Source of the DNA: Zygnema circumcarinatum SAG 698-1b
Taxonomy: Eukaryota > Plantae > Zygnematophyceae
Assembly (NCBI GenBank): GCA_037447605.1
Contig: CM074812.1
Location: 2,542,001-2,606,000 of the forward strand
Length of the DNA: 64,000 nt
Direction: 5' to 3'
Below, piece after piece: positions 46,082 through 64,000 of the stretch. Below the pieces are notes generated by a model. The model did no database searches, was not told where the DNA came from, and was given only the letters and a program-made list of their open reading frames with translations. Position 1 is the stretch's first letter. Each line of letters starts with the position of its first letter. The position numbers were made by a program, and so were the translations under genes.

Positions 46082-49000
46082 GAGAGAGAGGGATACCATT
46101 GAGTGATGCGATTCGGTCGGACAGAATTGTCCTTGCTACGACAAGAGCAGATAAGGCTGCCAGCTGTCCCCCCTGCTTGCTGACTAGGCGCGGGACCTGC
46201 ACACAGAAAGGGCCAAAAAGGAAAAAATTAAGTTAAATTGTAGTTGTTTTTGGTTAAAAAGCAGATCAGGATTTTGCCTTCCCTCAATGCCCACAGTGAA
46301 TAATGTTTTTTAAATGGATTTTTTCCGTTGTTTGTTTTACATCTTTGTTTAGCTGCGGGCTATGATTGTAAGAAAAACTAGTGGGAATTTTTTTTTTGAT
46401 TTTTTTCCTAAGTCCATTTTCTTTACCAGGATTGCAGTAAGCACGGAAGCTCTTTTTGCAAGGCTCCTTCTTGGAACCTTCAGCTCCGGGATTTGGGGGA
46501 CACGTGTCAGCGCGTCATAGGGCGGCGCACGGTCCAATAGCTGACCTCCAACGGTTTCCGTAATCTGCAACGGAACGGAAAACTGAAAGATATCACCTCT
46601 AGTGTCTCTAAAACTTCAAAGAAACACTAAAAAAAAAAGGGAAGAAATTAAGAAGTTATAAGAAATTATACACATTATATTTATATATGTGTCTATATAT
46701 TGTATTGGGAAGCTCTGGATAAGCGGTGAATATTGAACTAATGGGTTTTTAGGGTTTAGGCATCCTGTGAGGATTTTCTAAAAACCCTTAAAACCTTAAA
46801 AACCCCGAAGGCATGAATGATAATAATTTCTTTCATGGTGAAGAACAAAAGGAACAAAAGCACGACCTCTGTCGAGGTGTGCAGGAACAGTTCCATGTTC
46901 GCCGCCGCGTCCGTTTTCCGTTCCGTTTCCTCCGTTGGCAGTTCCGTTACAACGCACGAACTCTGTACGCTCCGTTGGGCGTTGAAGGCCCCCTTCGGCC
47001 CATCACTGCACAAAACGACAAAAATAAAAACTGGGGTTTCAGGGTTTAGAGTTTATAGGTTTCTAGATCCTCAAACTTCTGGAGGGTTTTTAGGGTTATA
47101 GGGTTTTTAGAATAATTAGGAGGCTTTTAGGGTTTCTGAGTCGTAAGGATTTAAGAAAGGTTTAAGAGTTTACGGGGTTTTAGAGTATGGGGGGTTCAGG
47201 GATAGTGGCGGGGGGAGAGAGAAAAAAGGGGAGAGAAAGAGAGGGAGGGAGAGGGAGAGAGAAGGGGGAGAGACGGAGAAAACGAGAGAGATTGAGGAAG
47301 GAAGAGGGGGGAGAGAAAGGAATGGAGAGGGGGCAAGATAGAGAGGGGAAGAGGGGGGTGGGGAGAGAGGCAAAGAGGGAGAGAGGAACAGGGCAGAGAG
47401 AGAGCGCGAGAGAGAGAGAGAGAGAGAGCGTGGCGACCCAATTGTGCAATATGTAGCAATCTCTATACGATACATATACATAATATACATTTACATACAC
47501 CCATTTTTTTCATTTCATGTTTTCTTTATAGTGGCGGCGGCGGGATTCGATCCCTTGACCTCCCCCTACCTGCGGTGCAGCGTCCAGCCGCCCTCTCCGT
47601 CCAACGCTAAAACTGTGTCATGGAACGCGACAAGCGCGGGCCTGTGCGATATCGTCACGCAGGTGGTGCCCATAGCCGCTACGCGCGCGCAAAATCTGGT
47701 GAAAAAAAAATAACAATCATACAAAAAAAAAATACAAAAAAAAGTACAAAAAGAAACACAAAAAGAAAGATAAGCGTTTCAAAAAGTAAAAACGAAACTC
47801 GACAACTCAAAAAGCTGGAAAAAAAGCGACCCAAAAAAATAACACTCAAATACCTCCAACCATGAACCCTAAACCCTGAAACAACTCAAACCAGACAACC
47901 CTCAAATTCTGCACCGTAAACCCTCAACGCTGAACCTTGCCGCCCTAAAACCCTAAACCCTAGCAAGGGAAACTTTAGACCCCCTACACTTTATCGCCTA
48001 TAATCTGCCCCCCTGCCCTAGAACCTACACTCTAGGCCCCAGACCCTAGACCCTAGGCCTTAGGCCCTAGTCCCTAGACGCAAGATCCTTTCCTCTCCCT
48101 CCCTCCCTTCCTCCCCTCTCCCTTTCCTCATTCCCACTCCTCCTGGCCCCCTAGCCCCCCTAGCCCCCCTATCCCCCTCCCCCCTCCCTCCCTCCCTCCC
48201 TCCCTNNNNNNNNNNCTCCTCTCACCTCTCCTCCATATCCGTAGTAACCGCCGAGGTGCACTCGTCCAGCACGGCGAAGGGCGGCGCGTGGAAGAAGAGC
48301 CGCGCCATCCCGAGGCGCTGCTGCTCGCCCAGGGAGAGCCGCTCGCCCCACGGGACCTCCTCATTGGCCGGGTGCCGCGCCGCCAGGTGCTCCAGGTCCA
48401 CCTGGCGCCCCGCCATTGGTCGGACAGTGCGGCGCGCCACGTGGCATGCATGCATGCATGGGTGTGAGAGTGTTAGGGTCCACCTGGGGGGTTCTCATTG
48501 GTGGGAAGGTGGGACAAGTGGCAGAGACACGCATGCATCCATGCATGGGGGTGGGACACATGACAGCGGGCAGTGTCATGTCCTAACAAACCCCTCTCCC
48601 TCTCCCTCTCCCTCNNNNNNNNNNGAGAGGATGGGGGGAGAGGAGGGGGGAGAGGGAGGGGGGTGACGGAGGGGGAAGAGCGACCGGGGAGAGGAAGGGG
48701 GGTGAGGGAGGAGGGAGGGGGATGGCGGAAAGGGAGGGCGATGAGGGAGGGGGAAGAGGGAGGGGGGTAAGGGGAGGGGGGAGAGGAGAGAGAGGAACGA
48801 AGTAAAGTTCCTGAGGTACCAAAATGTTCTCTCTCTCCCTCTCACAACTATTTTCCAGAAAAGTTGACCCACTGACCGGTGATCAACAAGTTGTGGCCCG
48901 GATCCACCCGCAGGGTCAAATCCTCCACTAGAGTCGTGCCACTCGGGGTCACAACCTGCAAAAAAGGAAAAAAATTAAGCACATACATAAATATAGTAAC

Positions 49001-52000
49001 AAATAAGAAACAAATAAGAAACATGTCAAAACCAAACCAAGAGCTACTTGCACTTTAGGGAAAAAGGGGTAGAAAAAAAAAGGGGGAGTTGGGAGAAAGG
49101 AAAGGAGAGAAAGGGGGAGGCCACTTGGAATTTTACAGAAATAAAAAAATCAAAAGTTTAGCCTCCCGAGAAAATTTGGGGTTATTAGGATGAATATTTC
49201 ACTCTCCCTCTCTCCCCACTCCCCACTCCCTTCCTCCCTCCCTCCTCCCTCCCTCCTCCCTCCCTTCCTCTCTCCCTTCCTCCCTCCCTCCCTCCCTTCC
49301 TCTCTCCCTCCCTCCCTCCTCCCCCTCCCTCCATCCCTCCCTTCCTCCCTCCCCTCCTCCATCCCTCCCCCTCCCTCCCTCCCTCCCTCCCTACCTCCCT
49401 CCCTCCTTTGGACTCCCAAAAATGGCTGAAACAAATTACCGTAACGCCCTCAAATTCGATGTGTTGGGCCTCCTCAAATGTCCCCCCTTCAAAATCGCGA
49501 TTTGATTGGTTGCTTAAATTTCCGGAATTTTTCAGTTCCCGCCCGACGGCCAAAAGTTCTCGGATTCGGTCTGCATAGCCCCTAAAAAAAGCAAGGAAAG
49601 GAAAGGAAATCCATGACTATTAAGTGAATATTTCTGGAGTTTCACATTTGTTGACGAAAGGATTAGATTGACTTGAGTTGACTCGACTTGACTGATTGAC
49701 TAGTTTGACATAACATATGAGAGAGCAGCTTGGATTTCCCCCTCCCCTTTCTTCCCCCTCTCTCCCTCCCACCGCCTATCCTCTCACCTCTATCCCCCTC
49801 CCTCAACCCTTCCTCCCTCTCCCTCCCCCCTTTCCTCCTCCCTCCATCCCACTACATCCCTCCCTCCCCCCTGCCCCTTCCGTCTTCCTCACCCTCTCCC
49901 GCCCTCGCCCCTCCCCCGTCCCTCTCCTCTCCCTCTCCCTCCCGCTCACCTTCCCTCCCAGCCTCCGTACCCCCCTCCCCTCCCACTCTCCCCCTCCTTA
50001 TCCCCCATCCCTCTGCCCCCTTCTCCTGCCCCCCTCCCTCCCTCCCTTCCCTCCCCCTTCCCTCCCTCCCTCCCTTCCCCCCTCCCCCCCCCCCTTCCCT
50101 CCTTACCCCAACTTCGCCAGCCTCCTCCCTCCCTCCCACTCCCCATTCCTCCTCGCCCGCCTTCCCTCCCCCCTCCATCCCTCTCCATCCCTCCCTCTCC
50201 CCTCCCCCTNNNNNNNNNNGGAGGGAGGAAGGGAGATGGGGAGAGGGGAGTGTGGGGGAGGGAGAGAGGGGTGGGGTAGAGAGAGAGGGGGGAAGGGAGA
50301 GGGCAGAGGAAAGGAGAGGAGAGAGGGTAGGTGAGAGGGAGAGTGGGTGAAAAGAGGGGGTGAGAAAAGGGGGAGTGAGTGAAGGGAGAGTAGGGTGGTG
50401 AGGAGGCGGGAGATGGAAGGAGGTGAGTGAAGGAAAGAAGGGAGAGATGGAGCGGATAGTGAACGAAGGAGAAGAGAGCCAAATGGGAGAGGAAGTAACG
50501 GGAGGAAGGGACAAGGCGAGAGATGGGATCAAGTGACTGAGAAGAGGTGGAAGGAATTGAATTCAAATTAGTAAAGGAGAGAAGCTTAACGTGAGGACAT
50601 AAAGGAGGGGGGGGGAGAGACAGAGAGAGGAGACTATGTTAAGGAGAGGAGAGTGAAGAGAGAGGAAAGAAAGTACAGGAAAACACGAGAGGGACATGCC
50701 CTCCCTCCCTACTTCCCTTCCCTCTCTCCCCCTTCCCCTCCCTCCTCCCACTCTCCAAAAACTCCACCAGGTTATACCTGCTTTTCTCTCTCTCCCTCTC
50801 TCCCTCTCTCTCCCTCCCTCTCTCCCCAATAAGACACCCCCGCCTTTCTCCCTACCAGATATGTGTTTTGTGAGCCGATTGAACTTCTCCCTCAGCAGCT
50901 CCCCCTCCCTCTCCTGCCCCCCATAGAATGCAATACTCTCTGCATGTGTACGGAGGTGGGAGTGCAGTTGGCGGTAGTCTCCCTCCCTCTGCTGTTCCTC
51001 CGCCGTCAGTTTCCCAAAGGGAGGAGAAAGGACGGTTGTGATTGTGCCGGCGGCCAACACGTATCCCTGCCACATGGAACCCCATAGGTCACAGTTTAAC
51101 GGATTCCGTTGCACGGACTTCCATGAAGTCAGTTATACTGAGTTGTACTGAGTGAGTCGTACGGAATCCATTCATGCGTTGCCGTTGTGCAGATTCAGTT
51201 GCAGGTGAATGATGTCAGCACCAACTGGATGATGTAATTCCACACTTTTTGTTACACAGTTCAGTTACAGATTCCGTTACACAGCCAGTTAGTTACACAT
51301 GGAACATGTCCTAAGTTTACACGAATGCTGCATGAAGTCATAAGTGAAGAGATTTCTTTAAGCATAGGACAGGTCCATGTTGCATTCATTCAGTCCTCTT
51401 TTAGGGTTGAAAGGCTTTTCGACAGAATTAGGGTTGAATCATGCGTTTAGGGTTTCACATTCCCAGCAAAAGAAAAAAAAGGGGGGGTGGGGGGGTATTT
51501 TTTTACGGGTATCAAGGATTTAGAAAAAAAAAAAACTCACCAGAATTCCCAATGCATATTTCGGATGCGTGTATGAGCAGAGCTGATAAGTATAAAAAAC
51601 TGCGTCAAAAAGTGCGACCACATTTTCCTGAATAAGGTCCGCCAACTCCGCTGAAAACCGGGGGACATCGCTCGCTATACGCTGTTCCGGCTCCGTTATT
51701 CGACCGTCTACATGTGACATCTTGTAGAACACCATGTTCTACGGAAGGGAGAGGAGGAGAGAGAGGAGAGAGAGAGGAGGGAGAGAGAAGGAGAGGAGGG
51801 GAGGGGAGGGGAGGGGAGGGGAGGGAGACACAGGATATGGAGATAGGAAAGTAAGGATTAGGGCTCGTAGAATGATGTCAGATTTCCCCCTCTAAAACCT
51901 AAAAATTCTCAATACCCTACAGATCCTCCAACCCCTAAAATCCTCAAGAAAAACTCTAAAGAAACCTTCAAACGTTCCAAACCCTTCCGCCCTCAACCCA

Positions 52001-55000
52001 CCAAACCGTCCAAACCTTTTAAACCTCCTCACCCCCTCCCCCCTCCCCCCTCCTCCCTCCGCCCCTGGCCCCCTCCCCCCCTCACCACCTCACCACCTCA
52101 CCACCTCTCCCCCTTCCNNNNNNNNNNCCCCGCCTTTCTCCCTACCAGATATGTGTTTTGTGAGCCGATTGAACTTCTCCCTCAGCAGCTCCCCCTCCCT
52201 CTCCTGCCCCCCATAGAATGCAATACTCTCTGCATGTGTACGGAGGTGGGAGTGCAGTTGGCGGTAGTCTCCCTCCCTCTGCTGTTCCTCCGCCGTCAGT
52301 TTCCCAAAGGGAGGAGAAAGGACGGTTGTGATTGTGCCGGCGGCCAACACGTATCCCTGCCACATGGAACCCCATAGGTCACAGTTTAACGGATTCCGTT
52401 GCACGGACTTCCATGAAGTCAGTTATACTGAGTTGTACTGAGTGAGTCGTACGGAATCCATTCATGCGTTGCCGTTGTGCAGATTCAGTTGCAGGTGAAT
52501 GATGTCAGCACCAACTGGATGATGTAATTCCACACTTTTTGTTACACAGTTCAGTTACAGATTCCGTTACACAGCCAGTTAGTTACACATGGAACATGTC
52601 CTAAGTTTACACGAATGCTGCATGAAGTCATAAGTGAAGAGATTTCTTTAAGCATAGGACAGGTCCATGTTGCATTCATTCAGTCCTCTTTTAGGGTTGA
52701 AAGGCTTTTCGACAGAATTAGGGTTGAATCATGCGTTTAGGGTTTCACATTCCCAGCAAAAGAAAAAAAAGGGGGGGTGGGGGGGTATTTTTTTACGGGT
52801 ATCAAGGATTTAGAAAAAAAAAAAACTCACCAGAATTCCCAATGCATATTTCGGATGCGTGTATGAGCAGAGCTGATAAGTATAAAAAACTGCGTCAAAA
52901 AGTGCGACCACATTTTCCTGAATAAGGTCCGCCAACTCCGCTGAAAACCGGGGGACATCGCTCGCTATACGCTGTTCCGGCTCCGTTATTCGACCGTCTA
53001 CATGTGACATCTTGTAGAACACCATGTTCTACGGAAGGGAGAGGAGGAGAGAGAGGAGAGAGAGAGGAGGGAGAGAGAAGGAGAGGAGGGGAGGGGAGGG
53101 GAGGGGAGGGGAGGGAGACACAGGATATGGAGATAGGAAAGTAAGGATTAGGGCTCGTAGAATGATGTCAGATTTCCCCCTCTAAAACCTAAAAATTCTC
53201 AATACCCTACAGATCCTCCAACCCCTAAAATCCTCAAGAAAAACTCTAAAGAAACCTTCAAACGTTCCAAACCCTTCCGCCCTCAACCCACCAAACCGTC
53301 CAAACCTTTTAAACCTCCTCACCCCCTCCCCCCTCCCCCCTCCTCCCTCCGCCCCTGGCCCCCTCCCCCCCTCACCACCTCACCACCTCACCACCTCTCC
53401 CCTTCCCCCTTCCCCTCCCCTCCCCTCCCCCCTCCCCCCTCCCCCCTCCCCCCTCCCCCCCTCCCCCTCCCCTCCCCTCCCCTCCCCCCTCCCCTCCCCC
53501 CTCCCCCCTCCCCCTCCCCTCCCCTCCCCCCTCCCCTCCCCCTCCTCCCTCCCCCCTCCCCTCCTCCCTCCCCCTCCCCTCCTCCCTCCCCTCCCCCCTC
53601 CCCCCCTCCCCTCCCCCCTCCCCTCCCCCCTCCTCCCCTCCCCCTCCCCTCCCCTCCCCCCCCTCCCCCTCCCCTCCCCTCCCCCCTCCCCCCCTCCCCC
53701 CTCCCCCTCCCCTCTCTCCCCTTTCCCTACCCCCCCTTTCAGATCCACCTGGAAGTAGTCCGCGTGGCTCCTAAACCCCTCCTTAACCCCCTTAAACCCT
53801 CCCCCCTACCGCCCCTCCCAGATCCACCTGGAAGTAGTCCGCGTGGATCCTGAACCCCCCTTAACCCCTTTAAATCCTCCCCCCTACCCCCCCTCCCAGA
53901 TCCACCTGGAAGTAGTCCGCGTGGATCCTGAACCCCCCTTAACCCCTTTAAATCCTCCCCCCTACCCCCCCTCCCAGATCCACCTGGAAGTAGTCCGCGT
54001 GGATCCTGAACCCCCCTTAACCCCTTTAAACCCTCCCCCCTACCCCCCCTTTCAGATCCACCTGGAAGTAGTCCGCGTGGCTCCTAAACCCCTCCTTAAC
54101 CCCCTTAAACCCTCCCCCCTACCGCCCCTCCCAGATCCACCTGGAAGTAGTCCGCGTGGATCCTGAACCCCCCTTAACCCCTTTAAATCCTCCCCCCTAC
54201 CCCCCCTCCCAGATCCACCTGGAAGTAGTCCGCGTGGATCCTGAACCCCCCTTAACCCCTTTAAATCCTCCCCCCTACCCCCCCTCCCAGATCCACCTGG
54301 AAGTAGTCCGCGTGGATCCTGGCCGTGAGCGTCCCTCTCCACTGCAGTCCGAGTCGCCCGCTGAGCAGTTTGGCGGTGGCCAGCGCGGCGGCCTGCGCGA
54401 GGCCCAGCGCGAGGCTCTCGGCCAATAGGAAGCCGAAGAGCGCCGCGCGCCGCAGGAAGGCCGCGCGGAAGAGGAGGCCCTGAACCCTCGCCAGCCGGTT
54501 GCCCAGGACCGTGCGCAGGGCCTGCAGGGAGGGGGGCGGGGCTGGGGGTAGGGTTTTAGGGGTCTACGGTTGGAGGGAGGGGTCTAGGGTTGGAGGGGTG
54601 TAGGGTTGGAGGGGTGTAGGGTTGGAGGGTTGTAGGGTTGGAGGGGTGTAGGGTTGGAGGGGTGTAGGGTTGGAGGGGTGTAGGGTTGGAGGGGTGTAGG
54701 GTTGGAGGGGTGTAGGGTTGGAGGGGTGTAGGGTTGGAGGGGTGTAGGGTTGGAGGGGTGTAGGGTTGGAGGGGTCTAGGGTTGTAGGGGTCTAGGGTTG
54801 TAGGGGTTTGGGGGTTGTAGGATTTGAGTTCGGGTTTTAGGAACAGTTGAGCGACGGGAGAGAGGGAGGGGCAGCGAGGGAATGGGAGTGGAGGAGACGG
54901 ATGGGAAGAGGGAGGGAGTGGGAGAGGGAGTGGGAGAGGGAAGGGAGGGGCAGTGGAAGTGGGGGAGACGGAGGGAGGGAGAGAGGGAGAGGGAGTCGGA

Positions 55001-56435
55001 GAGGGAGAGGGAGGAGCAGAGAGAGTGGGGGTGGGAGAGGGAGAGGGATGGGCAGCGAAGGAGTGGGATAGACGGAAAAATGGGTAGAGGGAGAGGGTGG
55101 CGTGGGGAAGAGTGGAGCAGAGGGAGTGGGGGTGGGGAAGACGGATGGGCAGAGGAAGAGGGAGTGGGTTAGAGAGAGGGAGGGGCAGTGGGAGTGGGAG
55201 TGGGGGAGACGGATGGGCAGAGGGAGAGGGAAAGGAAGTGGGAGTGGGAGGGGAGGGGCAGAGAGAGAGGGAGTCGGGGAGACAGAGGGAAAGAGAAGAA
55301 AAAACTTAGAGTGGGAGTGGAAATGGGGGAGACGGATGGGCAGAGGGAGAGGGAGTGGGAGAGGGAGGGGAGTGGGAGTGGGTGAGGGAGAAGGTTTGGG
55401 AGAGAGGGAGTGGGAGTGGGAGGGAGGGACAGAGGGAGTGGGAGTGGGGGACACTGATGGGGAGGGAGTAGGAGAGGGAGTGGGAGAGGGAGGCAGCCCT
55501 ACCGCCATGACTGCCAGCGCCCCCAAATTCATCATTCCCTGCTCGCCCATTTCCGCCGCCAAAAGGGTTCCGAGAGATATTACAGATTTGGCCCCTCCCC
55601 TCCCGCTCCTCTCTTTGGCTCTCTTTAAACTGCCTTGGCCTTCATCTTTTTTTTTTCTTTCATTCTTTTTTTCTTTTTCATTTTCATTTTCTTCCGATGT
55701 TTTTTCTTTGTGGGGTTTTCGACGCCGCCTTGTTTGATGCGAGAAAATTGAGTTTGAAAATTCGCCGTATTTATAAAGAGCCAATCCGCCGCCGCCGGCT
55801 GCGAGCACCGCTAAAGCCACCAAGAAGGTCCTCCTGAAAAAAATAAAAATAAATAAATTAATAAGTAGTATATTAATTATAGGAAACTGCTATTATCACA
55901 CCTTTTCTGGCTAGTTACACACCTTTTTTCACCGTTCAGGTTGGTTTCTAAGTCATTGGGGGTTTTTCCTTTTAATTAGGTGTGTATCTAGCTAAAAAGG
56001 TGTATAAATAGTCATTCCCTAATTATAATAACAATTGTCTTAACCATTCGGTTGACTAAAAGTTAGCCAAGTCTTCCAGGTCGTCGGGTCAGTCAAATGA
56101 CCAAAGGGGTTTCAAAACAAGAAAAGAATCCAAAAGGAAAAAAAAAAGTCAGAAAAATATCACCACCACAAATGGCTGTTGCTTGGAACCTGAAAATTTT
56201 TAAAAACTTGATTCCAAAGGTGGGAGGGAGGATGGAAGGGAGGGAGTGGGGGAGGGTGGGAGGGGGGGTGGGGGGAAGGCAGGGAGGGAGGGAGGAAGGG
56301 AGGGAGGGAGGGAGGGAGGGAGGGAGGGATGGAGGGATGGAGGGAGGGAAAAATGATCTAGTATAACTGAAACTGAAAGGGGGCGGACCTGTGCCTATGT
56401 GCCGCCAAATAAAGAGACGGCGCCTTCTTCGCCAT
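38613..56435 (-). CDS. ABCD1: Peroxisomal full-size ABC transporter, subfamily D (COMATOSE/PXA1/PED3 orthologue)
   Basis: Exons 56435-56389 (less certain), 55833-55503, 54521-54297, 53028-52831, 52356-52146 (these last two are repeated 1290 bp further on), [missing, gap 50210], 49581-49440, 48955-48877, [missing, gap 48615], 48401-48226, 47695-47570, 47005-46867, 46564-46427, 46196-46097, 45639-45531, 44667-44577, 43899-43784, 43633-43484, 43223-43151, 42819-42459, 41999-41853, 41225-40938, 40525-40326, 39643-39591, 38967-38889, 38708-38613. Two EAA-like motifs ([20 protein letters not shown]), Walker [10 protein letters not shown], two [15 protein letters not shown] signatures, Walker B VLDECT / ILDECT, and C-terminus [26 protein letters not shown]. 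Confidence 0.96.
38760..39575. repeat. Telomere-type arrays in both orientations in the last two ABCD1 introns
   Basis: TTTAGGG at 38760-38885, CCCTAAA at 39050-39400, TTTAGGG at 39490-39575. Confidence 0.88.
50838..53407. repeat. 1290-bp tandem duplication (two ABCD1 exons) joined across an N gap; probably an assembly artefact
   Basis: 50838-52117 and 52128-53407 show no differences on reading; a ten-N gap sits exactly at the junction (52118-52127). Confidence 0.85.
53741..54320. repeat. 78/79-bp tandem array, 8 copies, each containing the ABCD1 exon end and 5' splice site
   Basis: AGATCCACCTGGAAGTAGTCCGCGTGG starts at 53741, 53820, 53898, 53976, 54054, 54133, 54211 and 54289. On the minus strand it reads CACGCGGACTACTTCCAG|GTGGATCT. 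Confidence 0.95.
54582..54800. repeat. 16-bp G-rich minisatellite (GTAGGGTTGGAGGGGT)n
   Basis: Visible 16-bp period; lies upstream of the acceptor at 54522 in the sense direction. Confidence 0.93.
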
Positions 56436-56439
56436 TGGG

Positions 56440-56458
56440 CCAATCAGGGCGTGCCACG
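56440..56458 (+). promoter_or_regulatory. CCAAT-N9-CCACG(TG) (ERSE-type) element in the ABCD1/RRC1 divergent region
   Basis: CCAAT-cagggcgtg-CCACG, continuing as the G-box CACGTG. Confidence 0.55.
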
Positions 56459-57806
56459 TGGCAGGTTTGCAGAGCGTGAGAGGGATTGAGAGTGGGGGCT
56501 CTAGCGCTCGCCTACATTGCCGTCCATGATGGAATCAATTGACGGAATAAACTCTCTCCCGCCGCCTCTCCCTCTCTCTATCTCACTCCCAAATTGAAGC
56601 ATATGTCTCTCCAACCTTTCTCTCGCTCTCTCCTTCGCTCTCTCGCTCCTGCACCACTCCCACTCCCTCTCCCACCCTGACGATCTCTCTCACGTTCTGC
56701 CTCTGTGCTTCCTCACTCTTTCAACCCCTGCTCTCCCTCCCTCTCCCTCCCTCTCTCTCCGCCTCTCCCTCGCTCTCTCCCTCCCCCTCTCTCTCTCTCC
56801 ACTCTCCCTCCCCCTCTCCCTCTCCCCGTCCCTCCCCCTCTCCCTCTCCCCGTCCCTCCCCCTCTCGCCCTCNNNNNNNNNNTCTCCCCCTCTCCCCCTC
56901 TCCCCCTCTCCCCCTTTCCCTCCCTCTCCCTCCCTCTCTCCCTCCCGTCTCCCTCCCTCCCCCGCCCGTCGCCCGCCCAACCCAAATTCCAACCGACAAA
57001 AAAATTTCCTTGCGAAAGCCAATCAGTGAACGAAACGTCAGCCCACATTTGTGTAAGCGCACATATCCTCAGGCCGTGCGTGCGCGTACCGCTGTGTTCC
57101 GTACGATCTCGATTTTTTGGACTCCCTTGCGCCTTTGGATCTGCCAACGTGGACAACTGAACAATACTGGCCGTTGGATTGGCACGAAGTTCAATCGATG
57201 CTAGCCGCTGGTTGTGCCATGTGGACTAATCCTGGCCGTTGGATTTCCCACTACATGTACTAAACGACGCTTTTCTCATGTGGACGTAGCGGTGACGGTA
57301 TGGATTCTGTACGGACAAAAATACGGAATGGAATGTTCCACATGATGGCATACACACTTAGGGTTTCGCTTCATCACATCCTCTCTCCCTCTATCCCTCT
57401 CCCTCCCCACCTTTCCCTCCCTCCCGCCCTCCCATCTCTGCTCGCTCGTCCTTCCTCTCTCTCTATCGCACTCCCTCTCCCTCTCCCTCACTCTCTTTCT
57501 CCGCCTTTCCCTCCCTCCCGCCCTCCCTCCCATCTCTGCTCGCTCTTCCTCCCTCTCTCTCTCATTCTCTCTGTCTCTCTGATACTCCCACTCCTCGCTT
57601 CTCCCTCTCGCTCCATCTCTCTCGGTGTTCCTGCTCCACTTTTCTCGACTCCACCTCCCTCTCTCTCACCTCCTCTCTCTCTCTCTCTCGATCTCGCGCT
57701 CTCTCCCGCCTGCAGAAACATCGGTATCCTCAGGGCTCAGGGCCGGAGTTAAGCGCGGCAATTTAGCAACTGGGAGGCGTGGCTGCGAGCAGCCAACTGG
57801 CGCTCC

Positions 57807-63785
<5,979 letters not shown>

Positions 63786-64000
63786 GTGGGGACTCACTCT
63801 CTCTCTCTCTCTGTCTCTCTCTCTCTCCCTCTCTCTCTGTCTCTCTCTCCCTCTCTCTCTCTCTCCTCTCTCCCTGTCTTCTCTCTCTGTCCTGCTCCCT
63901 CTATCTCGCTCTCCCACTTTCTCTCCCTCGCTCTCTCTCTCTCTCCGTCTCTCACTTTCTCTCTCTCCCTGGCGTGTTTCTCCGTCTCTCTGTGTGTCTA

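Noticed and set aside
46900-46980. CCGTT/AACGG clusters as MSA cell-cycle elements
   Set aside because: Here they are coding ([10 protein letters not shown] in ABCD1). Similar runs elsewhere are in exons or next to acceptors, not in promoters.
47531-47566. tRNA-like 3' half on the minus strand (GGGATCGAATCCC...CCA)
   Set aside because: The T-stem has only 3 pairs, and there is no D or anticodon arm or acceptor stem partner; not supportable as a tRNA or SINE.
14305-50219. Apparent loss of conserved exons in APC2, NUDT3 and ABCD1 (also part of an RRC1 exon at 62973)
   Set aside because: Each missing block maps to an interval containing an N gap (14305, 29299, 48615, 50210, 62973), so absence is explained by the assembly.
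50838-53407. Tandem duplication of two ABCD1 exons as a mutually exclusive exon system
   Set aside because: The copies appear identical and meet exactly at an N gap, and including both would shift the frame (phase 1 end into a phase 0 start). This is typical of unmerged overlapping contigs. Read depth would settle it.

Overview
Eukaryotic nuclear DNA of plant-lineage type. The gene set and TTTAGGG-type repeats suggest a streptophyte, possibly a streptophyte alga; this is inference and cannot be fixed from the sequence alone. It is a draft scaffold with 16 ten-N gaps. Almost all ORFs in the supplied track are artefacts of GA/CT microsatellite tracts. Manual exon chaining (GT/GC-AG, phase-checked, compared from memory with Arabidopsis proteins) gives six real genes: (1) a conserved uncharacterised plant protein, DUF7796-like (minus, runs off the left edge); (2) APC2 (plus, 5163-17638); (3) an intronless F-box/PP2 protein (minus, 18356-19177); (4) the Nudix-dipeptidyl peptidase III fusion NUDT3 (minus, 20445-34104); (5) the full-size peroxisomal ABC transporter ABCD1/COMATOSE (minus, 38613-56435); (6) the splicing factor RRC1/U2SURP (plus, 57807 to beyond the right edge). 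Introns are built largely from GA/CT tracts and degenerate telomere-type arrays. The most unusual signals are: tandem copies of real splice junctions (eight copies of one ABCD1 donor); a foldback element with ~224-bp inverted repeats enclosing a tandem array of CCAAT-N9-CCACG (ERSE-type) elements, with the same composite element in three separate intergenic regions; an intronic 59-bp-stem hairpin; and many 3' splice sites with no polypyrimidine tract.
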